DNA of 64,000 nucleotides from Sphingomonas phyllosphaerae (GTDB lineage: Bacteria; Pseudomonadota; Alphaproteobacteria; Sphingomonadales; Sphingomonadaceae). Each line of letters begins with the position of its first letter. Position 1 is the stretch's first letter. The notes beneath the pieces are model-generated. The model saw nothing but the letters and a program-made list of their open reading frames with translations, was not told the origin of the DNA and did no database searches. The position numbers and the translations under genes were made by a program. The stretch covers positions 431,164 through 495,163 of the forward strand of contig NZ_JAQIJA010000005.1 in NCBI RefSeq assembly GCF_036946485.1, read 5' to 3'. Positions 46,199 through 56,125 of the stretch are shown here, one piece after another.

Positions 46199-46340
46199 AA
46201 AGAGGAAGGTGGCGTTTTGAACATCGACCTTAACGCAGGATAACGGACGCATTCAGTCTTCGCTCAATCGCGCGAGTCTATCCCCATCACTGTCGCAGCC
46301 GCTCCGGCCGGCGACGGTGGTGCGTGAGGGGAGCTGGATC

Positions 46341-46805
46341 ATGTTCAGGAAGATGTCGGTGGGTCTCGGGTCTGCGGCGCTGGCGATCGTGGCGCTGACG
46401 CCGGTCGCGGCGCAGGCGCAGCGGTGGGTCGAGCGCGACTATTACGAGCGCGACTATCGCGGCTATGACGACGACGGCTATCGCGATCACGATCGCGCCT
46501 ATCGCAGCGCGTATCGCGACGGCTGGAACCGTGGCCCGCGCTATGCCGAATACGACCGCGGCGGCTATGACCGCGACGATCGCTATCGTGGCTATGACCG
46601 CGACGACCGCCGCTATCGCTACCGCGCGCGCTGCCAGAGCGGCACGACCGGCACGGTGCTGGGCGCGATCGCCGGCGGGCTGCTCGGCCGCACGATCGAT
46701 CGCGGTGGCGATCGGACGCTGGGCACCGTGATCGGCGCGGGCGCGGGTGCGCTGGCCGGCAATGCGGTCGAACGGTCGGACAATCCGCGTTACTGCCAGC
46801 GCTGA
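46341..46805 (+). CDS. Glycine-zipper (17-kDa-antigen-like) secreted protein with R/D/Y-rich low-complexity region
   Basis: ATG 46341. Signal MFRKMSVGLGSAALAIVALTPVAAQA. RDYYERDYRGYDDDGYRDHDRAYR... tract. GTVLGAIAGGLLG...GTVIGAGAGALAG glycine zipper. Confidence 0.7.
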   Translation: MFRKMSVGLGSAALAIVALTPVAAQAQRWVERDYYERDYRGYDDDGYRDHDRAYRSAYRDGWNRGPRYAEYDRGGYDRDDRYRGYDRDDRRYRYRARCQSGTTGTVLGAIAGGLLGRTIDRGGDRTLGTVIGAGAGALAGNAVERSDNPRYCQR

Positions 46806-46947
46806 CGATCGTGTCTTCCTGTCGAAGGTCGATCGTCCGCGGTCCCTTCGTATCCCTGAGCCCTCTTCCCGACGGAAGGGGGCTCTTTCGTATTGCGCCG
46901 CAACATGTTTCGCGACAAGCGCATGGCGGCGGCGCCACGAATCCGGC

Positions 46948-48429
46948 ATGGCGCGCGACGTTTCGTCGAAGAGGAAGATCGTGGCGCGTCCAGCGGTTCT
47001 CAACACGCTCAGTCTGGCGATCTCCAGCGGGCTGAACTTCATCTCCCTGCTGCTGTGGGTGCGGCTGCTGCCGCCGGTCGAATTCGGGCAGTTCACGCTC
47101 ATCACCACGACCGCGCTGCTCATCAACGCGATCCTGTTCGAATGGGCGCGGATCGTCAGCGCGCGGACGCTCTATTCGCCGACCGCCGCGACTCGCATCG
47201 ATCCGGCGCGCGCCGATGCGCTGTTCACGATCGTCTTCGGCCTGATCCTGTTGCTCGGCATCCTGACCGCTATTCTGTCGATCTCGGGGCACACGATCTT
47301 CGGGCTGGGGCCGCGCTGGATGTGGGTACTGTTCGTGTTCCTCGTCAGCGAGGTGGCGCTGACGCAGCTCAACGTCATCAGCCGCGCGCGCCACGCCGCG
47401 TGGCACACCTTCTGGGTGATCGTGACACGCTCGACGCTGTCGCTGGTCATCGGGCTGGCGCTGGTGCTGGGGTATGGCCTCGGCCTGTCGGGGGTGTTGC
47501 TCGGGCTGGTGATCGGACAGGCGGTCGCGGTGATCGGCGGGATCGCCACCGATGCGGTATGGCGGCGGCTGCGCATCGCGGGGGCGCGCGCCGAGGATCG
47601 CGAGGTGATGGGCGGGATGCTGAAGCTCGGCGCGCCGCTGATGCTCAGTTCGGGGCTGTCCTACGGCGTCGGGGTGCTCGACCGCTATCAGGTCGAGCAT
47701 ATCCTCGGCACCTCCAGCGTCGCTTATTACGCGGCGCCGGCCGACCTGCTGCAGAAGACGCTGGGCTTCGCGATGCTGGCGGTCAACATCACCATGTATC
47801 CCGCGATGGTGCGCGCCTACGAGGACGAAGGGCCGGACAAGGCGCGCGTGCTGCTGGAGGGCAATGCCGTCATGTATGTGGCGATGTGCCTGCCGGTGCT
47901 GGTCGCCGCCACGGTGCTGGCCGGGCCGGTCAGCCACCTGCTGCTCGGCGCGCGGCTGGCGCCGCAGAGCGCGCCGCTGCTGCCGCTCGTCACCGCATCG
48001 GCGCTGTTGCGGTTGCTGATCATCTATCACCTGCAGGTCGCGTTCCAACTGACCCGGCACATGCGGTTGCTGATGGTCGCGCCGGCGCTGGCGATCGCGA
48101 CCTTCGTGCTGCTCGGGCCGCTGTCGCTGCACCGCTTCGGGCTGATGGGGATCGCGGGCGTGTCGCTGCTGGCGCAGGCGACCGGCTATGCGGTCAGCGC
48201 GATAATGGCGCGGCGCACGTTCGGCATCCGGCTGCTGGGGCGCGACAATGCCAAGGTGCTGGTGGCGGGGGCGGCGATGGCGGCGGCGATGCTGCCGTTC
48301 GCGCACGTCACCGGCGTGCCGATGACATTGGTCGCGCTCGCCGCCGGGGGGCTGGTCTATGCCGCCGCGATCCTGCTGCTGCGGCTGGATCAGGTGCGCA
48401 CGATCAAGGCGAAGTTCGTGCGCCGCTGA
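46948..48429 (+). CDS. Polysaccharide biosynthesis protein / Wzx-like flippase (MOP superfamily)
   Basis: In frame with track ORF 46747..48429. ATG 46948 (MARDVSSKRKIV). About 12-14 TM helices. The N-terminal LNTLSLAISSGLNFISLLLWVRLLPPVEFGQF is typical of Wzx-like proteins. Confidence 0.75.
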   Translation: MARDVSSKRKIVARPAVLNTLSLAISSGLNFISLLLWVRLLPPVEFGQFTLITTTALLINAILFEWARIVSARTLYSPTAATRIDPARADALFTIVFGLILLLGILTAILSISGHTIFGLGPRWMWVLFVFLVSEVALTQLNVISRARHAAWHTFWVIVTRSTLSLVIGLALVLGYGLGLSGVLLGLVIGQAVAVIGGIATDAVWRRLRIAGARAEDREVMGGMLKLGAPLMLSSGLSYGVGVLDRYQVEHILGTSSVAYYAAPADLLQKTLGFAMLAVNITMYPAMVRAYEDEGPDKARVLLEGNAVMYVAMCLPVLVAATVLAGPVSHLLLGARLAPQSAPLLPLVTASALLRLLIIYHLQVAFQLTRHMRLLMVAPALAIATFVLLGPLSLHRFGLMGIAGVSLLAQATGYAVSAIMARRTFGIRLLGRDNAKVLVAGAAMAAAMLPFAHVTGVPMTLVALAAGGLVYAAAILLLRLDQVRTIKAKFVRR

Positions 48430-48438
48430 CCGCCGCGA

Positions 48439-49353
48439 TCAGACCGCGATCGACAGGTCGTCCGGTCGCGACGACGACAGCCGCTGCTCGCTCTCCGCCC
48501 ACCAGTCGCCCATCATGCGATCGGCCGAGCGCGGCGAGAAGCGCTCCAGCCCCGCCCCCGGCGCGAAGGTGATCTCGCCGAACATCGGCCCGGCCTCCAG
48601 ATCGTAGAAGTCGATCCGCGCGAATGCGAAGCCCGACGACAGTTCCTCGACCAGTTCGATCATGCGCGCCAGATGCCGAGGCGCGGGCACCTCGCCCTCG
48701 ATCGGGTCATGCGCGAGGCTGAACGCCATTCGCTTCCAGTCGCGATCGTAGAAGCTGCGGCGGTGATCGGTGAAGCGCCCGGCGTCGACCTGCACGGCGC
48801 GGACCCGCCCGTTGAAGCAGAAGAACTTATAGTCGTTCAGGTTTTCGCCGATCATCGGCTCGATCAGCAGCAGCCGGTCGATCTCGTTATACCACCATTC
48901 GTGCAGGAAGGGGTACCAGTCGTTCTCCAGCCACGTCTTGCTGGTCACGCGCAGTTGCTGCCACGCCGCCTCGTCATAGGTGCGGACGAACGCGTTCCAG
49001 CCCGAGGAGTGGTTGGCCTTCACCACGAACGGCGTGCTGCACGGCACCTGCGCGGGCAGCACCTTGCCGGACCACAGGGTCGGGATCACCACGTCGCGAC
49101 CGACGCGTTCCGCCACCCAGTCCTTCACCCGCACCTTGTCGGCGAGCAGCGGGAGCAGGGGATTGTGCGGTGCGAGCTTGAGCGCCTGCACCCGCTCGTT
49201 GAAGGTCTTCGGCTGGTCGAGGTCCGGCCACTCGCCGAGCGCCTTGAGATACTGCGCCTGCAAGGATTGCTTGGCGGGCAGCGCCGTAAAGACCGCCCGC
49301 ATCACCGACTGCAGCAGGTTCGCCAACATACCTCTCCCACCGAGCCAACGCAT
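48439..49353 (-). CDS. TupA-like ATP-grasp family protein
   Basis: 304-aa ORF. KTFNERVQALKL...LADKVRVKDWV...PFVVKANHSSGWN...DYKFFCFNG pattern of the ATPgrasp_TupA family. Confidence 0.7.
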   Translation of the reverse strand: MRWLGGRGMLANLLQSVMRAVFTALPAKQSLQAQYLKALGEWPDLDQPKTFNERVQALKLAPHNPLLPLLADKVRVKDWVAERVGRDVVIPTLWSGKVLPAQVPCSTPFVVKANHSSGWNAFVRTYDEAAWQQLRVTSKTWLENDWYPFLHEWWYNEIDRLLLIEPMIGENLNDYKFFCFNGRVRAVQVDAGRFTDHRRSFYDRDWKRMAFSLAHDPIEGEVPAPRHLARMIELVEELSSGFAFARIDFYDLEAGPMFGEITFAPGAGLERFSPRSADRMMGDWWAESEQRLSSSRPDDLSIAV

Positions 49354-49462
49354 CCCGGCTCCCCGCCGGGCACCGGCCCCACGGACGGCAGCGCCATAGA
49401 CTCTTGTCCACCAAGGCGGAACGTCGGTTTTTTACAATTCCTCCTGCCCGCCGTGCCGCGGA

Positions 49463-49864
49463 TCACACCTTCGGCAAGGCCGGCAGGCACGAGCGGCCTC
49501 GCACGATCGTCGGCAATGGCAACAGCTTGGCGACCGGCGAGCCGAAGTTGACCGTCAGCGTCACCAGCAGCGACCCGGCCGCGCCGTTGCAGGTGGCGGC
49601 GGGATCGACGACGACATTGGCGGGATCGACCTTGATGCCGTTCGCCTTCGCGCGCTGCACCGCATAGGCGACCTGCTTCGCGGCGCTGTCGCACGCCGCC
49701 GTTGCGATTGTGCGGCACCGTGCGGTGCTGTACGCGGCCTGGTCCAGCGCCTGATCCATCCAGACCAGCCGCGCGCCCTCGATCAGCCCGAACAGCGCCA
49801 TCAGCAGCAGCGGCAGAACGATGCCGAATTCGATGACGGTCGCGCCGCGTTCGTCGCGGATCAT
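49463..49864 (-). CDS. TadE-like pilus assembly protein
   Basis: In frame with track ORF 49463..50311. ATG 49864 (MIRDERGATVIEFGIVLPLLLMALFGLIEG) shows the TadE N-terminal motif. ATGA overlap with the upstream gene. Confidence 0.7.
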   Translation of the reverse strand: MIRDERGATVIEFGIVLPLLLMALFGLIEGARLVWMDQALDQAAYSTARCRTIATAACDSAAKQVAYAVQRAKANGIKVDPANVVVDPAATCNGAAGSLLVTLTVNFGSPVAKLLPLPTIVRGRSCLPALPKV

Positions 49865-50382
49865 TGGAGCCGCACCGTCGTGCTCTGTGAGACGACGCCG
49901 TTGCCGAGCAAACCGCGCGGCAGCAACGCCGGGCGGAAGGGATAGGACGCCGACATCTTCATGTAATAGCCCGACTGGCTGTTCGCCGACGCGCCACTGC
50001 CGCACGGCGCGCCACAGCTTCCCGCCGGCACCAGCGTCGCCGCCGCGGTGAGACAGGAGCAGGTCCGCGAGGTGTTGACGCAATTGTTCACCCCGCCGTT
50101 GCAGCCGACCGTCACCGTCAGCACGCCGGCGCCGGTGACCCCGGAGGCGGTGCGCAGATAACCGGGCAGCGCGGTGAAATTCACCGCGTCGCGCGACTTG
50201 AAGGCCGCGATCGACGCACCGCTCATCGCCTGCGCCAGCCGCGCGCGCTCGATCGAGAACGATCCGATGTCGAGCGCGGCGAGCATCGTGATGAAGAACA
50301 GCACCATCCACAGCGCGAATTCGGCCGCCGCCACGCCGCGCCGCTCGCCCGCGAGCCGGCGGAGAAGATGGGGTTTCCTCAT
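49861..50382 (-). CDS. TadE/TadF-like pilus assembly protein
   Basis: 173-aa ORF. GVAAAEFALWMVLFFITMLAALDIG motif. Cys-rich C-terminal half. Confidence 0.65.
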   Translation of the reverse strand: MRKPHLLRRLAGERRGVAAAEFALWMVLFFITMLAALDIGSFSIERARLAQAMSGASIAAFKSRDAVNFTALPGYLRTASGVTGAGVLTVTVGCNGGVNNCVNTSRTCSCLTAAATLVPAGSCGAPCGSGASANSQSGYYMKMSASYPFRPALLPRGLLGNGVVSQSTTVRLQ

Positions 50383-52412
50383 GCGATCAGATCCACGGTT
50401 CCGCTGCCGCCGGCACCGGTGCCGATGCCCGAACAGGTCGATCCCGCGGTGGCGCCACCGGTCAGCGTCACGCGATAGGCGATGAGCATGAAGCAGCGGA
50501 CGGCTGAATTCGAACTATTGCCCCCGCTGCTGGTGAGCGCCGAATTGGGCAGGTGCATCGTGCCGCTGAACACGCTGGTCGCCCCGTTACTCCATTTGGT
50601 GTCGGCCGAGGTCAGGCTGTCGATCAGGATGTCGGCGATCGCGCCGCCAGTGGTCGTGGTGCCGGGCGCCATCAGCAGCGTCTTCGCGCCGCCGGCGAGA
50701 TTAATCGTGCCCGACAGGATGAAGCTGACATTGACCCCTGCCATGTCGTAGCCGGAAACATCGACGCTCTCCAACGTGTTGCCCCAGGTCTGGTTGTTGA
50801 TCGGCGAGGTGTAGGGCCAGGTGGTACCGCCCGTACCGTTCGCCAGATTGCCATTCACGGTATAGCGACCGGCCCCGAACAGCACCGACCCGGCGATGGC
50901 GAGATCGCCGTTGATGAGGTGATTGGCGGTCTTGCCGAAGACGAGCCGACTGCCGCCCTCGGTAAACACCGACCCGTTGGCGCTGAACAGCCCATCGCCC
51001 ATGAAGAAGCGACCGCTGCCGCTGAGGCTGATCGCCCGTGCACCCGGATTGGCGATCGTGACGTTGCCCGCCCCGGCGATGATGGTCGAATCGCCGCCGA
51101 CCGAAATGCCGCCCGCCACGTCAAGCGCGCCGTCCCCCAGCGTCAGCCAGCTACCGCCGCCGACCGAGATGCCGCCGAAGGCGTGCGCGCCGGCACCGAT
51201 CGCCAGCTTCGCGCCGTCGCCGACCACGAGCGGCGCGTTGATCGTCACCGGCCCCGCACCGATGCGATTGGTGCCGGTGAAGCGAACGGTGCCTTGCCCG
51301 ATCGACAGCTCACCGTCGCCGAACGTGACATCCGTGGCGGAAAAACCGCCGTTGATCCGGTAAGTACCGTTGCCGAAGGTGACGATCGCACCGCCGTCGA
51401 TCGTCACGCCGCGCGCCACCGTCACCTTCGAATCCGCAGCGAAGGTGACGGTGACGCTGCCCGAGGCCGTGAGCGTGTCGATCGTGTAATTGCCGGTCGG
51501 CACGGTGAAGTTGGTGCTGTTGCCCTTGCGGAAGCCGGCGACCGCCGCCGATGGCGAGCTGCTGAACGACCAGACCGCGCCGCCGCCCGGCGTCGTCGGG
51601 TTAGCCAGCGCCAGCGGCGTGCGCGAGGTGCCGATCAGCGAGCGCGCGCTGCTGAGATCGAGATTGTCGGCGAGCGGATCGGAAATGGTGGAACTCTGCT
51701 TCACCCGCTTGTCCGCGCTGGGGACATTGGTGTTCCAGTCCGGATTCGTGAAATTACCGGCGTAGCGGAGCAGATCGGCGGCGAGCGTGCCGTAATTGTT
51801 GACGATGTCGCCCGCGCCCGAGATGATGTTCTTCGCGGTGATCCCGGTGCCGTTGTTGGCGACCGTTCCCGCCCCCGCGACCGCGCAATTGGCCGCATTG
51901 ATCGTCGCCCCGCCCTGCGTTTCGATCGCCGTGCCCGAGCTGGCGAGCCCGACGATGCAGCCGGCGGTGGACTGCGTCGCCAGACTGGCGGTCGCGGTCG
52001 TCCTGACCGGATAGCTTGCCCCCATCCCGAGCACGCGACCGAGCGTGACGGTCATCGGGACGGTGATCGTCACCCGCACCGCCTTCGCCCCCGCGGTGGG
52101 AACGTCGGCGACCAGCTGCGCGACGACGGTGCCGGCGGTGATGCCGTTGACCCTGGCCAGATCGTCTGCGGTCGGCTGAAGGATTGCCTCGCTCTTCGCC
52201 GCATTATAGGCGACCCCGGCGGCCAGCGCCGCCATGTCCGCCACGCGCTGGTTCGCGACCATCATCTCATAGCCGCGGTTGAGGTCGACCGCGAAGCTCG
52301 CCATCCCGATCAGGCTGACCGCGGACAGCGCGGCAAGCACGCTGACGCCGCCGCCGCGATCGGCGAGGACGTTCCTGAGCCACCTGGGCGCGCGAAAGCT
52401 TCGTTCCCACAC
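50379..52412 (-). CDS. TadG-like protein with long beta-helix-like C-terminal region
   Basis: 677-aa ORF. N-terminal GGVSVLAALSAVSLIGMASFAVDLNRGY (TadE/G-like). Then ~450 aa of degenerate G/T/V/N-rich repeats (GDGAKLAIGAGAHAFGGISVGGGSWLTLGDGALDVAGGISVGGDS...). Confidence 0.7.
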   Translation of the reverse strand: MWERSFRAPRWLRNVLADRGGGVSVLAALSAVSLIGMASFAVDLNRGYEMMVANQRVADMAALAAGVAYNAAKSEAILQPTADDLARVNGITAGTVVAQLVADVPTAGAKAVRVTITVPMTVTLGRVLGMGASYPVRTTATASLATQSTAGCIVGLASSGTAIETQGGATINAANCAVAGAGTVANNGTGITAKNIISGAGDIVNNYGTLAADLLRYAGNFTNPDWNTNVPSADKRVKQSSTISDPLADNLDLSSARSLIGTSRTPLALANPTTPGGGAVWSFSSSPSAAVAGFRKGNSTNFTVPTGNYTIDTLTASGSVTVTFAADSKVTVARGVTIDGGAIVTFGNGTYRINGGFSATDVTFGDGELSIGQGTVRFTGTNRIGAGPVTINAPLVVGDGAKLAIGAGAHAFGGISVGGGSWLTLGDGALDVAGGISVGGDSTIIAGAGNVTIANPGARAISLSGSGRFFMGDGLFSANGSVFTEGGSRLVFGKTANHLINGDLAIAGSVLFGAGRYTVNGNLANGTGGTTWPYTSPINNQTWGNTLESVDVSGYDMAGVNVSFILSGTINLAGGAKTLLMAPGTTTTGGAIADILIDSLTSADTKWSNGATSVFSGTMHLPNSALTSSGGNSSNSAVRCFMLIAYRVTLTGGATAGSTCSGIGTGAGGSGTVDLIA

Positions 52413-52495
52413 GCACCCGCTGCTAACGGGTTTTCGTAAACAAATTCAGACCGCTGGCGCTACCGACCCCGGATGGCGCCGGGACGCGCGCACGC

Positions 52496-53206
52496 TTACA
52501 GGCGCTCGACGACGCCCGCGGCGACGACGGGGCCGGTCGGCTGGCCGGTCGGCGAACCGCCGCGCGGCTCGATCGAGATCGCCAGCGTGCTGCCCGCCGC
52601 GGGCACGTTCGCGGTCGCAATGCGGATCACGCGCGCGCCGCCCCGCGGAAGCAGGCCCAGCGACACCGGCTTGCCGCCGACCGGAATCCGCCACAGCTCG
52701 CCATCGTTTCCGGCCGGCGTGTCGACACCACGGCTCAGCCGCAGCGATCCGCTGGCCGGCTCGACCACCGCGACCGGCGGCGATGCCTTCGACGGATCGG
52801 TCCACGCCAATTGCGCGATCATCAGCCCGGCGGGGGCGACGGGCCGGGCGACCGGGGGTGTCCGCACCGGCGGCGTGGCCGCCGGCGGGATCAGCAGCCA
52901 CGCCGCGAGCGACGCCGCGATCGCGCCGCCGGCCGCGCCCAGCGACAGCGATCGCCAGTGCAACCGCGACGCACGGGGCGTGATCGTCGGCAGGGCCAGC
53001 ATCGCCTCGATCCGCGCGGCGAGATCGGGCGGCGGCGCGACGTCGCGATATTCGGCGAGCAGCGGGGCGAAGCGCGCCTCCCACCATTCGACCTCGGCGG
53101 CGAAGTCCGGTTCGCGCGCGCGCCAATCCTCCGCGCGCGCGGCTTCTTCGGCGGACAACAGGCCGACGACCAGCTCGGCGGCCAGGATGCGATCGTCAGG
53201 CGTCAT
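52496..53206 (-). CDS. Anti-sigma factor (RskA-like, single TM)
   Basis: 236-aa ORF overlapping the sigma gene stop by 11 nt. AAELVVGLLSAEEA..FAAEVEWWEARFAPL. Central TM, periplasmic C-terminal domain. Confidence 0.7.
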   Translation of the reverse strand: MTPDDRILAAELVVGLLSAEEAARAEDWRAREPDFAAEVEWWEARFAPLLAEYRDVAPPPDLAARIEAMLALPTITPRASRLHWRSLSLGAAGGAIAASLAAWLLIPPAATPPVRTPPVARPVAPAGLMIAQLAWTDPSKASPPVAVVEPASGSLRLSRGVDTPAGNDGELWRIPVGGKPVSLGLLPRGGARVIRIATANVPAAGSTLAISIEPRGGSPTGQPTGPVVAAGVVERL

Positions 53207-53777
53207 CGTGCAGACACTCCCGCAAACGGATCAGCGCACGGCGGATGATACTCTTCATGGTCGGAAGCGGGACGCCCGTGCGATCCGCGACATCGGCATA
53301 GGTCAGCCCATCGAGAAAGGCGGAGCGGATTGCCCCGCGCGATCGATCCTCCAATTGTTCCATGCAGTCATCCAGCCGCTGCCCCTCCTCGGCCGCGACC
53401 AGCGACTGATCGGCGAGCGGCGCGTCGTCGGCTGCCTCCACGCCCCCGCCGTCGGGGATCGGCGTGACGGCGCGGCCGCGCGGCGAGCGGCGCCAGTCGA
53501 GCGAGCGATTGCGCGCGATCGTCGCCAGCCAGGTCACGGGATGGCTGCGTTCCGGCCGATAGGCGGCGGCGCGGCGCCAGACGATCAGATACACTTCCTG
53601 CAACACGTCCTCCGCGGCCTGTCGCTCGCCACAGATACGCAGGCAGATGCCGAATAGCTTCGCGGCGGTCATGTCGTACACGCGCCGGAACGCCTGCCGG
53701 TCGCCGGTCGCGCTCATCGCCAGTGCGGTGGCGAGCGCCGCCCTTCGTGTATCCGCCTGCGTCTCGATAGCCGTCAC
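53196..53777 (-). CDS. ECF-type RNA polymerase sigma-70 factor
   Basis: 193-aa ORF. Region 2 (EDVLQEVYLIVWRRAAAY..WLATIARNRSLDWRR) and region 4 (LTYADVADRTGVPLPTMKSIIRRAL). Confidence 0.9.
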   Translation of the reverse strand: MTAIETQADTRRAALATALAMSATGDRQAFRRVYDMTAAKLFGICLRICGERQAAEDVLQEVYLIVWRRAAAYRPERSHPVTWLATIARNRSLDWRRSPRGRAVTPIPDGGGVEAADDAPLADQSLVAAEEGQRLDDCMEQLEDRSRGAIRSAFLDGLTYADVADRTGVPLPTMKSIIRRALIRLRECLHDDA

Positions 53778-53921
53778 CGCATCACTCCGCTGGCAGAACC
53801 GGTCAGTTCAACAGCTTTTTCACTAAACCCTGCATCCCGATCCAGGTTCATCTCGTACCTGCCTTACCCACGGCAAGGACGATGCCCCCCTGTCATCCGC
53901 GTGGGTTGTGGGAGGTGCGAC

Positions 53922-54920
53922 ATGACGATGCAAGACGCCCGAACCGAGCAGGACCTTTTGATCGAAACCTTTGACGGCCGCGCGCGCCGCCGCGAAAATC
54001 GCCGCGCGTTCTTTACCGCTGCTTTGGGGGTCGCCGCCGTCGGCGGGGCCTTCGCCTATGCCGATCCGGCGCTGGCGCAGACCAGCGTGACCGACAGCGA
54101 CGTGCTAAACTTCGCGCTGAACCTCGAATATCTGGAGGCGCAATTCTACCTTTATGCGGTCGGTGGAACCGGGCTGACCAGCGATCTGACCGCCAGCGGC
54201 GGCGGCGCGGCGGGCGGCACGGTGACCGGCGGCGCGGCGGTCGATTTCACCACCGATCCGCTGGTGGGTGCCTATGCCCGCGAAATCGCCGCCGACGAGC
54301 TGGCGCACGTCAAGTTCCTGCGCACCGCGCTGGGCAGCGCGGCGGTCGCGATGCCGAACATCAACATCAGCGGCGACGCGAGCGGGCCGTTCACCGCCGC
54401 CGCGCGGGCGGCCGGCGTGGTCGATTCGTCCACCGCCTTCAATCCGTACAGCTCGCCGACCAACTTCCTGCTGGGTGCGTTCATCTTCGAGGACGTCGGC
54501 GTCACCGCCTACAAGGGCGCGGCGCCGTTGCTGAGCAACAAGACCTTCCTGGAGGCCGCCGCGGGCATCCTGGCCGTGGAGGCGTATCACGCCGCGATCG
54601 TGCGCACGACGCTCTATTCGAAGGGCGTGCAGGGCCTGATCGACGCCACCGAGAAGATCGCCGCCGCGCGCGATTCGCTGGACGGGGCGCCGACCGAGGA
54701 CAAGGTGCGCGGCATCGGCCCCAACGACGATCAGGGGATCGCCCCCTCCGGCAGCGGTGCGACGCTGACCGCGAACCTGTCGCCGCTCAACAGCAACGGC
54801 CTCGCGTTCAGCCGCACGCCCGGACAGGTGCTCAACATCGTCTACCTCAACGCCGGAACCGCGACGATGGGCGGTTTCTTCCCCAACGGCGTCAACGGAA
54901 ACATCAAATCGACGACCTGA
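53922..54920 (+). CDS. Tat-signal ferritin-like domain protein (desiccation-protein-like), paralogue 1
   Basis: GGGAGG before ATG 53922. [43 protein letters not shown]...ELAHVKFLR. Confidence 0.75.
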   Translation: MTMQDARTEQDLLIETFDGRARRRENRRAFFTAALGVAAVGGAFAYADPALAQTSVTDSDVLNFALNLEYLEAQFYLYAVGGTGLTSDLTASGGGAAGGTVTGGAAVDFTTDPLVGAYAREIAADELAHVKFLRTALGSAAVAMPNINISGDASGPFTAAARAAGVVDSSTAFNPYSSPTNFLLGAFIFEDVGVTAYKGAAPLLSNKTFLEAAAGILAVEAYHAAIVRTTLYSKGVQGLIDATEKIAAARDSLDGAPTEDKVRGIGPNDDQGIAPSGSGATLTANLSPLNSNGLAFSRTPGQVLNIVYLNAGTATMGGFFPNGVNGNIKSTT

Positions 54921-54973
54921 GCGCCGTGGCGCTTCCGATGATGTTCCCCTGACGCTTTCAAGGAATCTTCCCC

Positions 54974-56020
54974 ATGATCGATCCCATCAAAGCCATCGAG
55001 ATCCTGGCCGCCGCCGATGCGCGCCGCGCCGCCCGCCGCGGTTTCCTGAAGGCCGCCGGTGGCGGCGCGATGCTGCTGGGCGGCGCTTCGCTGCTGTCGG
55101 GCTGCTACGGCGACTATGGCGATTCCGTCGACCCGACGCCGACACCATCGCCGACCCCGACGCCGTCGGCGATCACCGACAGCGACGTCCTGAACCTGGC
55201 GCTCAACCTCGAGTATCTCGAGGCGCAATTCTACCTCTATGCCGTCAACGGCACCGGCCTGTCCGCCGCGCAGACCGCCAGCGGCAGCGGCACCGCGGGC
55301 GGCACCGTCACCGGCGGCGCCAAGGTCGACTTTTCGGGCGATCCGGCGGTCGGCGCCTATGCGCGCGAGATCGCCGCGGACGAGGCGGCGCATGTCGCCT
55401 TCCTGCGCGCAGCACTCGGCTCGGCGGCGGTGGCGATGCCCAATATCAACATCGACGGCGGCGCGAATGGCGCCTTCACCGCCGCGGCGCGCGCCGCCGG
55501 GGTGATCGGGTCGAGCGACACGTTCAACCCCTATGCCTCGCCCGAGAACTTCCTGCTGGGCGCGTTCATCTTCGAGGACGTCGGCGTCACCGCCTACAAG
55601 GGCGCGGCACCGTTGCTCAGCAACAAGACCTATCTGGAGGCGGCGGCCGGCATTCTTGCGGCGGAGGCCTATCACGCCGGGATCGTGCGCACCGTACTGT
55701 ATGCCAAGGGTATCTCGACCGCGGCACTGCTGACCGCCACGACCAAGATCTCCGACGCGCGCGATCTGCTCGACGGCAAGCCGACCGACGATGCGGTGCG
55801 CGGGATCGGCGCCGACGACGATCAGGGGCTGGTCGACAGCAGCAATGCCGCCAATCTGGTGCCGGCCAACGGCAACGGCCTCGCCTACAGCCGCAGCAGC
55901 GAGCAGGTGCACAACATCGTCTACCTGAACGCCACCGGTGCGAACCGGACGAGCGGCGGCTTCTTCCCGAACGGGACGAACAACCCCAACGCCGCGCTGC
56001 GCGTCGGGCTGTCGTCGTAA
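54974..56020 (+). CDS. Ferritin-like domain protein, paralogue 2
   Basis: 348-aa ORF. Same motifs ([32 protein letters not shown]) and long stretches identical to paralogue 1. Confidence 0.75.
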   Translation: MIDPIKAIEILAAADARRAARRGFLKAAGGGAMLLGGASLLSGCYGDYGDSVDPTPTPSPTPTPSAITDSDVLNLALNLEYLEAQFYLYAVNGTGLSAAQTASGSGTAGGTVTGGAKVDFSGDPAVGAYAREIAADEAAHVAFLRAALGSAAVAMPNINIDGGANGAFTAAARAAGVIGSSDTFNPYASPENFLLGAFIFEDVGVTAYKGAAPLLSNKTYLEAAAGILAAEAYHAGIVRTVLYAKGISTAALLTATTKISDARDLLDGKPTDDAVRGIGADDDQGLVDSSNAANLVPANGNGLAYSRSSEQVHNIVYLNATGANRTSGGFFPNGTNNPNAALRVGLSS

Positions 56021-56029
56021 TATCTCCAT

Positions 56030-56118
56030 CCGTCATCCCGGACCTGATCCGGGATCCCGCTTCTTCTGCTCGGCGTGCAAGGAAGAAGCGGGGCCCCGGA
56101 TCAAGTCCGGGGCGACGG
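56030..56118. repeat. Hairpin repeat family 2, copy B
   Basis: ccgtcatcccggacctgatccgggatcccgcttcttc...gaagaagcggggccccggatcaagtccggggcgacgg, between convergent genes. Confidence 0.8.
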
Positions 56119-56125
56119 AGGAGGG

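Noticed and set aside
53778-53921. ECF-type promoter (GAAC-N16/17-CGT-like) in the sigma/ferritin-like divergent region
   Set aside because: GAAC-containing stretches are present (agaaccggtcagttcaac...), but none has a convincing -10 element at the correct spacing by eye. It is not reported as a feature.
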